Shown here: positions 44,656 to 54,131 of the stretch, piece by piece
Numbering within the stretch: the first letter of the stretch is position 1
How the letters are laid out: each line of letters starts with the position of its first letter
Assembly (NCBI GenBank): GCA_022710685.1
Contig: JAKLGM010000002.1
Location: forward strand, 1,701 to 65,700
DNA length: 64,000 nucleotides
DNA from: Patescibacteria group bacterium
Lineage (GTDB): Bacteria; Patescibacteriota; Patescibacteriia; Patescibacteriales; UBA12465
Direction: 5' to 3'
Notes under the pieces: generated by a model
The model's input: only the letters and a program-made list of their open reading frames with translations
What the model was told of the DNA's origin: nothing
Databases searched by the model: none
Position numbers and translations under genes: made by a program

Positions 44656-47241
44656 ATGGAAAGACCAATACCAAATTTATTCTGGGGTTTGAGCTTGAGC
44701 CGTTCGGCCATCGCTTTGAAGCGGCTGAAGGCTAAGTTTGACGTGCTGGTCAATGTTATTTGCTCTCTGATTTTTTTAGGCGGCCTAGCCAGCTTCGGCT
44801 ATTTTATCTATCTCCACCAGGAATGGATTAATTCGACGCCATTGAAATTTTTAACATTCTGGAAAGAACCAAGCGAATGGTTGCTCCTGTTTTTTATTTC
44901 TTTGATCTTTGCCATGTTCTTATATTATCGCGTCAGTGAGAGCGAGGCGCGCCGGCAGAAGATTGATTGGAAGTCGCATAAGAAAAAAGTTGATGCCGCC
45001 GGCGGCTTGAATGATCAAGCCATGAAATTATTGGAAGATGCTTATCTTTTGGCCGCTAAATTGAAGCAGCCGACAGTCGGTCCGCGTCATTTATTTTGGG
45101 CGCTGTTGTCTGATTCCAGTATCCGCGCTTTGTTCGTCCGTTTGAATGTGGATTTCCGGCAGTTAGCGGAGAAGTTAAAGAATTATTTAGCTGATCCCAA
45201 TATAACACCAGGCAAGACCGAAGGTTTGTCCGATTCAGTTAAAAATGTTTTGTTTAAAGCCTATGAAGCCGCTTGGGCTGAGAAGAAAAAAGCGGTTGAC
45301 GCTCTGCATCTATTATTTTTTATCTACAATGAGGATGAAATCTTGCAAGAAATCATGTATGACCAGGAGATTACTGCTAACAAGATAATGAATGCGGTCA
45401 AATGGTTCAGGGTCAATGAAGCGATGCGGGAAAATTACCTGGTCTATCGCAAGATGGCTCGTCTCAAACCGGGCAGCGGCATGAATCGGGCCTATACAGC
45501 CGTCGCTACTCCGACCTTAGATTATTTTTCCCATGACCTGACAATTATGGCCAAGTATGGCTATTTGGAAATTTGTGTCACTCGCGACAAAGAAACTAAG
45601 TCGGTTTTTGAGGCCTTGGAAAGCGGCCATGCCGGCGTCTTATTGGTCGGCCCTAACGGCGTGGGCAAGCGCAGTATAATTGAGGGTATCGCTCAGTTGA
45701 TGGTCAAAGAAGAAGTGCCGTTATTTTTGAAAGACAAACGTTTGGTGGAGTTAGATATCGCCCGGTTGATTGGCGGCGCTTCTCCGGCTGAAGCCCAGGA
45801 CAGATTATTGAATGTTATTAATGAGGCGATGCGCGCCCGCAATGTAGTTTTATTTATTGAGAATTTAGAAACTATCATCGGTATTTCTTCTGGCGCCGAA
45901 GGCAGTCTGGAGTTATCCGAAGTCTTGGCCGATGCCTTGAGCCGGCAGAACGTCTTTTGCTTGGCTTGCGCTTCCAGCGAAAACTACAGCAAATATATTG
46001 AGGAGCGAACCCTGGGAGAGATAATGACGACGGTGCCGGTGGCTGAACCGGACCATGATCAGGCAATTCAGATTTTGGAAAGTAAGGTGGGATTCTTTGA
46101 AGGTAAGTATAATGTCTATATTGATTATAACGCAGTGGAACAGGCGGTTGATCTGTCGGCCCGCTATATTAATGACCGTTATTTGCCCGACAAAGCCATT
46201 AGCATCATGCAGTTGACGGCGGTCAAGGTTTCGAAAAAGACTGCAGGGCAGGATTTCTGCAGCAAAGAAGATATCGCTGAAGTCATCAGCGAACAGACTG
46301 GCATCCCAGTTTCCAAAGTCAGCGCCAGTGAAACAGAAAAATTATTATCATTGGAAGATAGCATTCACAAGCGGATGATTGGCCAGGAGGAGGCGGTAGC
46401 TGCTATTAGTGGCAGCTTGCGCCGCGCTCGGGCTGAGTTGCGCGAGAGTAAGCGGCCAATCGCCAGCTTCCTCTTCTTAGGTCCGACTGGTGTCGGTAAA
46501 ACTGAGTTGGCTAAGACTGTGGCTGAGGTTTATTTTGGCGATGAGAATTGCATGATCCGTTTGGATATGAGCGAATACCAATTGCCCGATAGCGTCAAGA
46601 AAATGATTGGCGATGCCGATGGCACTTTGGGCTATCTGACCGAAGCGGTCCGCAAAAAGCCTTTTACCTTGGTGTTGTTAGATGAAGTTGAAAAAGCTCA
46701 TCCGGATATTTTGAATCTATTCTTGCAGATGATGGATGACGGCCGCTTGACTGATGGCCAGGGCCGGACCATTAATTTCACTAATTCTATCATTGTCGCC
46801 ACTTCCAATGCCGGCGCTCTATATATCGAGGATGCGGTCCAGAATAATGTCGATATGAATATCATCAAGCAGGAATTAGTGGATAACCAATTGAATAAGA
46901 TCATGCGGCCGGAATTAATCAACCGCTTTGACGGCATCATCGTCTTCCGTCCTTTGTCTTTTGAAAATGTAGTGGCCATCACCAAATTGATGCTCAAGAA
47001 AATTGCCAAGAATTTAGAAGTGAAGGGCATTGAACTTTTAGCCAGCGAGGCCGGCACGGAGATTTTAGCGCGGCAAGGTTTTGATCCTAAATTCGGCGCT
47101 CGGCCGCTGCGGCGCTTGTTGCAGGACAAAGTTGAAAATGAAATAGCCAATTTGGTTTTAGCCAACGCCATTAAACGCCGCGATGCTGTCGTGATAGATG
47201 ATAGCGGTAATATCGGCGTGGAGAAGGGCCGGGAGTTATAA
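44656..47241 (+). CDS. Membrane-anchored Clp/Hsp100-family AAA+ ATPase (ClpC/ClpB-like) with a degenerate first nucleotide-binding domain
   Basis: The ATG at 44656 gives MERPIPN. There are two N-terminal TM helices and a Clp-N-like repeat. NBD1 has GPNGVGKRS (Walker A with K-R) and LFIENLE (Walker B with DE changed to EN). NBD2 is canonical: [12 protein letters not shown] and LLDEVEKAH. Confidence 0.8.
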   Translation: MERPIPNLFWGLSLSRSAIALKRLKAKFDVLVNVICSLIFLGGLASFGYFIYLHQEWINSTPLKFLTFWKEPSEWLLLFFISLIFAMFLYYRVSESEARRQKIDWKSHKKKVDAAGGLNDQAMKLLEDAYLLAAKLKQPTVGPRHLFWALLSDSSIRALFVRLNVDFRQLAEKLKNYLADPNITPGKTEGLSDSVKNVLFKAYEAAWAEKKKAVDALHLLFFIYNEDEILQEIMYDQEITANKIMNAVKWFRVNEAMRENYLVYRKMARLKPGSGMNRAYTAVATPTLDYFSHDLTIMAKYGYLEICVTRDKETKSVFEALESGHAGVLLVGPNGVGKRSIIEGIAQLMVKEEVPLFLKDKRLVELDIARLIGGASPAEAQDRLLNVINEAMRARNVVLFIENLETIIGISSGAEGSLELSEVLADALSRQNVFCLACASSENYSKYIEERTLGEIMTTVPVAEPDHDQAIQILESKVGFFEGKYNVYIDYNAVEQAVDLSARYINDRYLPDKAISIMQLTAVKVSKKTAGQDFCSKEDIAEVISEQTGIPVSKVSASETEKLLSLEDSIHKRMIGQEEAVAAISGSLRRARAELRESKRPIASFLFLGPTGVGKTELAKTVAEVYFGDENCMIRLDMSEYQLPDSVKKMIGDADGTLGYLTEAVRKKPFTLVLLDEVEKAHPDILNLFLQMMDDGRLTDGQGRTINFTNSIIVATSNAGALYIEDAVQNNVDMNIIKQELVDNQLNKIMRPELINRFDGIIVFRPLSFENVVAITKLMLKKIAKNLEVKGIELLASEAGTEILARQGFDPKFGARPLRRLLQDKVENEIANLVLANAIKRRDAVVIDDSGNIGVEKGREL

Positions 47242-47258
47242 TATAGTTTAAAAAGTTT

Positions 47259-47291
47259 AAGAGGCTCCTTTTTAGGGGAGCCTCTTTTTTG
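47259..47291. terminator. Bidirectional intrinsic terminator
   Basis: aagaggctcc-tttttagg-ggagcctctttttt. Confidence 0.8.
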
Positions 47292-47292
47292 T

Positions 47293-47691
47293 TCAGTTGC
47301 CGGTAGATTTGGCAACGATAATTTGATTGCTAGCGCCAGTTGGTTCTCGGGTGTCAAGAAGGACATGGATACATCTCTTAATGACGCCGTCTTCACTGTC
47401 TTCCGCGGGAGTCGCTTGGGTTAGTTGTTCTTTGAGTGATCTTTCCGAGATTCTCAAGGCAATCATAGTCGCCCGTTCTTCGTGTTTTTTCTGCACGATT
47501 TGCTTGCGGGAAATGATATTCTCTCGTTCCAATACTTCGTCTTCTCCGACCACTTTCTTGGAATCCATCAGCTGTTGGATTTCAGCTTTGATCAGATTGA
47601 TGGTGCCGATTTCGTTTTCATAAAACTGTTTTAATTCCGCCAAGGAACATTCATCCAAGTTGCTAGCTTTTTTCTTCTTCTTTTTACACAT
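47293..47691 (-). CDS. Hypothetical coiled-coil protein
   Basis: 132-aa ORF. I recognise no family. Confidence 0.45.
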   Translation of the reverse strand: MCKKKKKKASNLDECSLAELKQFYENEIGTINLIKAEIQQLMDSKKVVGEDEVLERENIISRKQIVQKKHEERATMIALRISERSLKEQLTQATPAEDSEDGVIKRCIHVLLDTREPTGASNQIIVAKSTGN

Positions 47692-47752
47692 TACTAATTC
47701 TAATTTTTAAGGTTAACTTATTTTAAACAACTATTGAATATTCTAATAAATT

Positions 47753-49333
47753 ATGGCTATAATGTCAACGAGAGAGCAAATTATGAACTATTTTATCCCC
47801 GCTTTAGCTGCCTTTATTTTATCCTGGGCTTTGACCTGGGTAGTGCGGCTATTAGCGCAAAAATTTAATATTGTTGATAAACCGGATCAAGCCCGGAAAA
47901 TCCATTCTCGGCCGACGCCGCTTTTGGGCGGTCTGGCGATTTTTCTGGCTTTTACCGTGGTGGCCATTTTTGTTTGGCCGCGTTTAGTGTCCGGAGATTT
48001 AAATTTGGTCCACTGGCTGGGAGTCTGGGGCGGCGCTTTGATATTGATGATTGGCGGTTTTTGGGACGACAAGTATAATTTGCGTCCGGCGCGCCAGATT
48101 ATTTTTCCGCTTCTGGCTATTGGCGCGGTAATTATGGGTGGCGTAGAAATTACGAAGATTACCAATCCGGCCGGCGGTTTTATTTATTTGGCTCCTTGGC
48201 TTTCGGCGCTCTTAATTAGCGCCTGGCTTTTGGGTATGATGTATACTACCAAGCTTTTGGACGGCGTCGATGGTTTGGTTTCCGGCGTTGGCGCTATTGG
48301 CAGCTTAGTTATCTTTCTCTTTACCATAACCACCCAATATTATCAGCCGGATATCGCTTTGGCGGCGATCATTTTGGCGGGCGCCACTTTAGGTTTCTGG
48401 GTTTGGAATTTTAATCCGGCTAAAATATTTTTGGGTGAAGGCGGCTCTTTGTTCCTGGGTTATATTCTGGGCGTCTTGGCGATAATCTCCGGCGGCAAGA
48501 TTGCTGTGGCTTTGTTGATAATGGGCGTGCCGATCTTGGACGTCGCCTGGACTATATTACGCCGTCTGCTTAAAGGAAAAAATCCTTTTAAGTTTGCTGA
48601 TCGGAAGCATTTGCACCATCGGCTTTTAGCTTTGGGGCTGAATCAAAAACAAACCGTTCTGGTTTTTTATATTTTAGCGGCTACTTTCGGCTTGAGTGGC
48701 CTGTTTTTGCAGAGTCGGGGCAAGCTTTTAGCGCTTTTAATCTTGTTCTTAGTCATGGCCGCCTTAGTTATCGGTTTCAGTTGGTGGGACAAGAAAAAAC
48801 GTTTGCCGCGCCTTTTAATCCATACCTGTTGCGCTCCTTGCGTGGCTTATAGCGCCAGCCAAATCTTGGCTAAAGATTATGAGATAACCTTATATTTTTG
48901 TAATTCCAATCTGGATAGCCGTGACGAATATGAGCGGCGCTTAGAGGCGGTGCGTTTTGTGGCGGGGAAGTATGGTTTCGGATTATTGGTTGAACCTTAT
49001 GACCATCAAGCCTGGGAGGAGTTAGTGGCGGGCTATGAAAGCGAGCCGGAGCGCGGCCGCCGGTGCGATTTGTGCTTCCGTTCCCGCTTAAGCCAGACGG
49101 CTCTTGTGGCGCAGCAGAAAAAGTTTGATTATTTCACCACCTCTTTGACGTTAAGTCCTTTTAAGGATAGTGCTAAGATCTTGGCTTTAGGGCAGTCGTT
49201 GGGAGCAAATTTCTTGCCCTATGATTTTAAGTTAAACGACGGGGTTGATAAATCTTTGGCTTTAGCTAAGGAGCTTGGGATATATCGGCAGAAATATTGC
49301 GGTTGTGAATTCAGTAATTGGCAGAAAAAATAA
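47753..49333 (+). CDS. Fusion protein: polyprenyl-phosphate N-acetylhexosamine-1-phosphate transferase (MraY/WecA, GT4 family) + epoxyqueuosine reductase QueH (DUF208)
   Basis: The N-terminal ~340 aa are polytopic, with NIVDKPD..RKIH, DDKYNL, TKLLDGVDGL and NPAKIFLGEGGS. The C-terminal ~185 aa have LLIHTCCAPC, RCDLCFRSRL, TTSLTLSPFKD and YRQKYCGCEFS, which are QueH hallmarks. Confidence 0.8.
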   Translation: MAIMSTREQIMNYFIPALAAFILSWALTWVVRLLAQKFNIVDKPDQARKIHSRPTPLLGGLAIFLAFTVVAIFVWPRLVSGDLNLVHWLGVWGGALILMIGGFWDDKYNLRPARQIIFPLLAIGAVIMGGVEITKITNPAGGFIYLAPWLSALLISAWLLGMMYTTKLLDGVDGLVSGVGAIGSLVIFLFTITTQYYQPDIALAAIILAGATLGFWVWNFNPAKIFLGEGGSLFLGYILGVLAIISGGKIAVALLIMGVPILDVAWTILRRLLKGKNPFKFADRKHLHHRLLALGLNQKQTVLVFYILAATFGLSGLFLQSRGKLLALLILFLVMAALVIGFSWWDKKKRLPRLLIHTCCAPCVAYSASQILAKDYEITLYFCNSNLDSRDEYERRLEAVRFVAGKYGFGLLVEPYDHQAWEELVAGYESEPERGRRCDLCFRSRLSQTALVAQQKKFDYFTTSLTLSPFKDSAKILALGQSLGANFLPYDFKLNDGVDKSLALAKELGIYRQKYCGCEFSNWQKK

Positions 49334-49392
49334 TTTTTTAATCATATAAATAAAAAAAGGAAGCTGGGGCCTCCTTTTATTTTTTTGTGAGA

Positions 49393-49776
49393 TTATTTTA
49401 TCCCTTCTTTTTCAGCGAGCAGATTGAGGAGCGGGATTAGAAAATCTTCTTTAGGCGAACTTGAGTGGCAGCCGGCTTCAACTAATATGTCGTTGTGCTC
49501 GGGTTTGCCGGAAATAGCCATGATTGTAGCTTGGGGGAACTTTTTTTTGAGCAGCGGAACCAGGGGAGTCGTTTCTGGGCTTCCATCTTCCTGCGGGTTA
49601 GTGAGAGTCCCGTCCAGGAGGATGTATTTGATATCAGCCCTTTCCCGTTTAATGGCAGCGAGAGACTCAGCCATATTATAAGCTGAAATTACTTCAACTT
49701 GAGTCCGGGGAGTAGCGATCCGAAGCATTTCATGAATTGCTCTCTGGTCTTCAATTAATAAAATTTTCAGTTTCAT
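49393..49776 (-). CDS. Stand-alone response-regulator receiver domain
   Basis: KILLIEDQ, ILLDG (phospho-acceptor Asp) and AISGKP. Confidence 0.7.
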   Translation of the reverse strand: MKLKILLIEDQRAIHEMLRIATPRTQVEVISAYNMAESLAAIKRERADIKYILLDGTLTNPQEDGSPETTPLVPLLKKKFPQATIMAISGKPEHNDILVEAGCHSSSPKEDFLIPLLNLLAEKEGIK

Positions 49777-49923
49777 AGCATTGGGTTTGGAGGGTTGTTC
49801 AAAGGACTTGATTGTTAATTATAATTATCATATTTCTATTGCTTTGTCAATTACTAGGGCTTTGGGCTTTTGCCTTATTTTATGATATAATAAGGGGGAA
49901 ATAATAATTAATAATCTAACTCT

Positions 49924-52179
49924 ATGGAAGGTTTTAAAAAAATCAAAAGCATCATTTTGCTTGTAGTCGTCGTCGCCCTCATCGGCTGTTTTGCTTTTCT
50001 GAAAATTCAGCAGACCCGAGAAAAGAAGCTGGCCGCCAATAACCAGAATCAGAATAATATCCAGAATAATTCTGATAGTCCTATTCAGCTGGGATCAAGC
50101 GGCGAATTGAAAAAATTTGCCAGTTATGACGAGGCTAAGCAGTTCTTGGCTCAGCAGCAGCAGAATAATAATTATTCTTTGCCGATGATGACCAAGGGGC
50201 TGGCTATGGACACAGTCCAGTCCAGTGAGCGCGGTTCAGCCGTTGCTAGTGCTCCGGTCGCTGATGGCCTGGGTGCCGGTCCGGCGGCGGGGTCTGCCGG
50301 CAATGATTTTTCTAAGACTAATGTCCAGGTGGAGGGAGTGGACGAGGCTGATATAGTAAAAACTGATGGTAACTACATTTATGCCACCTCTTATAATAAT
50401 CTTTTTATCATCAAGGCTTATCCGGGAGAACAGGCTGAAATTGTTTCTAAGATCGAATTTAAGTCCCGTCCGACCGATTTGTATATCAATGGCGACAACC
50501 TGGCCGTCTTTGGCTATGATGACCGGATTTATACCATGGATCTTTATAAGAGTTTTAGACGCCAGAATTCTTATACCTTCTTCAAGGTTTTTGATATCAG
50601 CGACAAGAAAAACCCGAAGCAGGTCCGGGATTTAGACTTTGAAGGCAACTACTTCAATTCTCGCATGATTGGCGACTATGTCTATTTCATCACCAACAAC
50701 TATAATTATTTCATCGGTCCAGAGCCGGTAGTGCCGCGCATCTTGGATGGCGGCGTCGCTTTAGACGAGAAGTGTTCCGGTGCTAACGTCAAGTGTTTTA
50801 ATCCCAGTATTTATTATTTTGATATCCCTTACGATTCCTATAATTTTACCACCATCAGCGCTATTAATATCAAGGATAATAATGCTCCGATCAAGGGCGA
50901 TGTCTATATGCTTTCAAGCGCCCAGAATATGTATGTTTCTCCTAATAATCTTTACATCACTTATACCAAGTATATCAGTGAATATGAGTTAGAAATGGCG
51001 GTTGCCCGCGAAATATTGTTGCCGCGCTTGAGCGAAACCGATCGGGCTTTAGTTGCCAAGATTGAAGCAGTCACTAACGATATCTTGACCGAGTCGGAAA
51101 AAAAGTCTAAGGTCCAGCAGATATTGAATCGCTATCTCAATTCTTTGTCGGTGGCCGATCAAGAATCTTACGAAAAAGAGCTGGCCGCTAAGATGAAGCA
51201 GAAATATACCGACTTAGCCAAAGAAATGGAAAAGACTATCGTTTACAAGATAGCCATCAGCGGCGATACTCTAACCTACAAGGCCAAAGGCGAGGTTACG
51301 GGTTCGGTTTTAAATCAGTTCGCTATGGATGAGGCTAACGGTTATTTCCGCATTGCCACTACCAAAAATACGACTTGGAGCCGTTTTGAGGGCGGCGAGC
51401 AAGCTTCTTATAATAATGTTTATGTCTTAGATGGCGATATGAAATTATCCGGCGCCGCTGAGAACATCGCTCCGGGTGAGAGAATCTATTCAGTTCGGTT
51501 TATGGGTAATCGGGCTTATGTTGTTACTTTCAAACAGGTTGATCCGCTCTTTGCCCTTGATATGAGCGATCCGAAGAGTCCTAAAGTTTTGGGTCAATTG
51601 AAAGTTCCAGGATTCTCTACTTATCTCCATCCCTATGATGCCAACACTTTGATTGGCTTTGGCAAGGATGCCGGGGAGAACGAATATGGCAATACTATAG
51701 CTAAAGGCTTAAAGGTTTCGTTATTTGACGTTACCGATGTTACCGCACCCAAAGAATTGGATACTTATCTGATGGGAGATATGGGCAGTGATTCAGCCGC
51801 CCTGTATGACCACAAAGCTTTCCTTTTTTCCTATGACAAAAATCTCTTGGTCTTGCCGGTGATGTTGCGAAAATCAACTGCGGCCAATCAATGGGGCGAT
51901 ATCAGCTTTTCCGGCGCCATGGTCTTTAATCTGAAGGACAAGAAGATTCAATATACTGGTAAAATTGACCATTCCGATGGTGGTCAGCCGGCCAATCAGG
52001 ATTATTGGGATGGCTATAGCTATTATGATAATTCTGTTAAACGCAGTTTATATATTCAGAATCAGCTTTATACTTTGTCTAATAATTATTTAAAGATTAA
52101 TGATTTGGGCAGTTTGACGGAGATAAAGAAGTTAGAGTTGAAAAAAGATTCTGGCTCTGATTTTAAAGTAGTTAACTAA
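49924..52179 (+). CDS. Secreted beta-propeller domain protein (PF09826-like)
   Basis: N-terminal TM/signal segment. TNVQVEGVDEADIVKTDGNYIY and VDPLFALDMSDPKSPKVLGQLKVPGFSTYLHP are typical blocks of this family. Confidence 0.6.
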   Translation: MEGFKKIKSIILLVVVVALIGCFAFLKIQQTREKKLAANNQNQNNIQNNSDSPIQLGSSGELKKFASYDEAKQFLAQQQQNNNYSLPMMTKGLAMDTVQSSERGSAVASAPVADGLGAGPAAGSAGNDFSKTNVQVEGVDEADIVKTDGNYIYATSYNNLFIIKAYPGEQAEIVSKIEFKSRPTDLYINGDNLAVFGYDDRIYTMDLYKSFRRQNSYTFFKVFDISDKKNPKQVRDLDFEGNYFNSRMIGDYVYFITNNYNYFIGPEPVVPRILDGGVALDEKCSGANVKCFNPSIYYFDIPYDSYNFTTISAINIKDNNAPIKGDVYMLSSAQNMYVSPNNLYITYTKYISEYELEMAVAREILLPRLSETDRALVAKIEAVTNDILTESEKKSKVQQILNRYLNSLSVADQESYEKELAAKMKQKYTDLAKEMEKTIVYKIAISGDTLTYKAKGEVTGSVLNQFAMDEANGYFRIATTKNTTWSRFEGGEQASYNNVYVLDGDMKLSGAAENIAPGERIYSVRFMGNRAYVVTFKQVDPLFALDMSDPKSPKVLGQLKVPGFSTYLHPYDANTLIGFGKDAGENEYGNTIAKGLKVSLFDVTDVTAPKELDTYLMGDMGSDSAALYDHKAFLFSYDKNLLVLPVMLRKSTAANQWGDISFSGAMVFNLKDKKIQYTGKIDHSDGGQPANQDYWDGYSYYDNSVKRSLYIQNQLYTLSNNYLKINDLGSLTEIKKLELKKDSGSDFKVVN

Positions 52180-52180
52180 T

Positions 52181-52948
52181 ATGAAGTTAAAACCCGGACA
52201 AATTATTGTTGGCGGCAATTTATTATTGCTTTTGGTTTTAGAAGCTCAAGTTTTTTGGCCTCAGTTTTTCTATGGCTTAATTGTGGTCGCTAACTTATTG
52301 CTTTTAGCTTTAGTTTATTTGCTGCTGCGTCAGCCGGGAAAACCGCGGTGGCCTTTGTGGCTTTTGCCGTTCCTGGTATTTAACAGTATTAACGCTTATG
52401 TCCTTTTGATCCCGCAGGAAGTCTGGTTGAATAAATTTTTTATTCAGGCACTGTTTATATTATTTTTGGGATTTAATTTTTCTTATTGCAAGCAAGCTTA
52501 TGATTTTGTTTTCCATCCGGAACAGGAAAATAATCTCCCTAATCTGGCGGCCAATTTCAGTTTTCTTTCTTGGTTTTTCGCTTTGTCCGCCGTCTATGGC
52601 TTGCAGCTTTTTCTAGATTTATCCTATTGGGTTTTGCTCTTGGTCTTGATTATTCTGGCGATTTTAAGTACTTATTTAAATCTTTGGGTTAATAGGTTAT
52701 TTAGTAAGAAACAGGCGATATTTATGTTTTTAGCCGCTTTTATTGTGGCACAATTGGCTTGGGCAGTTTATTTCTTGCCTTTTGACTACAATTCTTTGGG
52801 CTTGATTATCGCCCTAGCTTATTATGTCATTTGGAACCTGATCCGCTTCTACCTTTCTCATAATTGGAATAAAAAAAATTTACGTTCCTTGTTGGTCTTC
52901 GCCGGCCTAATCATGCTGCTGGTGCTTTTGACCGTCAAGTGGCGCTAG
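52181..52948 (+). CDS. Hypothetical polytopic membrane protein
   Basis: 255 aa with at least 6 hydrophobic helices. It starts 1 nt after the upstream stop. Confidence 0.6.
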   Translation: MKLKPGQIIVGGNLLLLLVLEAQVFWPQFFYGLIVVANLLLLALVYLLLRQPGKPRWPLWLLPFLVFNSINAYVLLIPQEVWLNKFFIQALFILFLGFNFSYCKQAYDFVFHPEQENNLPNLAANFSFLSWFFALSAVYGLQLFLDLSYWVLLLVLIILAILSTYLNLWVNRLFSKKQAIFMFLAAFIVAQLAWAVYFLPFDYNSLGLIIALAYYVIWNLIRFYLSHNWNKKNLRSLLVFAGLIMLLVLLTVKWR

Positions 52949-52954
52949 AAAAAT

Positions 52955-54127
52955 ATGAAAAACAGAAATATCAATTTGGGTTGGAACATTGTAATTTTGT
53001 CTTTGCTCTGCGGCTTGTTCGGCGGCATTGGCGCTGATTTAATCTTGCGCAATTATATCTTTGAGCAGGATGCGGCCACGGTTAGCACCGGCGGGGAGAT
53101 TAACCTGACTAATGGCGTCTATGGCCGCTCCAATGTTGTCATTCAGGACCCGAAGAAAGTGGTGGTTAATTCTGATTTGAAAGTGCAGGAAACTATTAAT
53201 GCTGCCAATGACAGCTTAGTCGGCCTCTATGCGCGCTTGGAGGAGACTAAGAGCGGATCTGAATTTAATCGGAACCAATATTATGATTTGAGCCGACCGG
53301 AATGGAGCGGTTTGGCCTTGACGGCTGATGGCTGGATTATGGTCAGAGGTGAATCTTTAAATGCCAAGACTTTGATTGCTGATTATGTCGGTGTCACGAA
53401 AAACAAGAAAGTATATACTATTGATCGGGCGTTGGAATACAAGAAACAAGGCCTTTGGCTCATCCATTTGCAGGGTGCGGATAATTTACTGGTAAAAAAT
53501 TTGGCGCCGGCAGCCGACTTGTCTTTAGGGCAGGTGACTGTGGCCGTCAATTGGAATAATGACGTGATGGTCAGTGAGATATTGTCTCTGCCTAATCGCC
53601 AGAAGCAGATTAAGTCTAGTGATCGTTTAGAGGAATCTATCGTTTTGGCCGACACCCTAGATGGCCGTTTCAAAAATTCTTGGATTTTCAGCCTGGGTGG
53701 TGATTTGGTTGCCTTGGTTGACGATGATTTAAAAATCCATCCAGTGGCCAACGTGGAGGCTGCCCTATATAATTTTTTAGCTAAAGGCAGCTTTAGCAAT
53801 GTCTTTTTGGGGGTCAATTACAGCTCTTTGGCTAATTTAGTCAAGGCAGGGACTGATAATCGGCCGTTGGTCAGCGTTGGAGAAAATGGCTCGATAATTA
53901 GCGCTGATGAAAGCAAAGTGGCAATTATCAAGGATAGTCCAGCGGCCAAAGCTGGTCTTAAAGCGGGCGATATTATCGTTTCTCTTGATAATGTGGAATT
54001 GGGGGCGGACAAGGATTTGGCGGCCTTGGTCCAGAGCTATCAGCCGGAAGATACTGTCACTTTTAAATTCTTGCGCGGCGGTTCAATCCAGAGCCTGGAT
54101 ATTAAATTGGGTGAGCTGAAACAATAA
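52955..54127 (+). CDS. Membrane-anchored PDZ-domain protein (HtrA-like architecture, protease motifs not recognised)
   Basis: N-terminal TM helix. C-terminal PDZ domain: AIIKDSPAAKAGLKAGDIIVSLDNVEL. Confidence 0.6.
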   Translation: MKNRNINLGWNIVILSLLCGLFGGIGADLILRNYIFEQDAATVSTGGEINLTNGVYGRSNVVIQDPKKVVVNSDLKVQETINAANDSLVGLYARLEETKSGSEFNRNQYYDLSRPEWSGLALTADGWIMVRGESLNAKTLIADYVGVTKNKKVYTIDRALEYKKQGLWLIHLQGADNLLVKNLAPAADLSLGQVTVAVNWNNDVMVSEILSLPNRQKQIKSSDRLEESIVLADTLDGRFKNSWIFSLGGDLVALVDDDLKIHPVANVEAALYNFLAKGSFSNVFLGVNYSSLANLVKAGTDNRPLVSVGENGSIISADESKVAIIKDSPAAKAGLKAGDIIVSLDNVELGADKDLAALVQSYQPEDTVTFKFLRGGSIQSLDIKLGELKQ

Positions 54128-54131
54128 TGCT

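Noticed and set aside
46698-47396. A 232-aa minus-strand ORF.
   Set aside because: It is mostly antisense to the well-supported Clp ATPase gene, crosses its terminator, and has a low-complexity translation. It is a shadow ORF.
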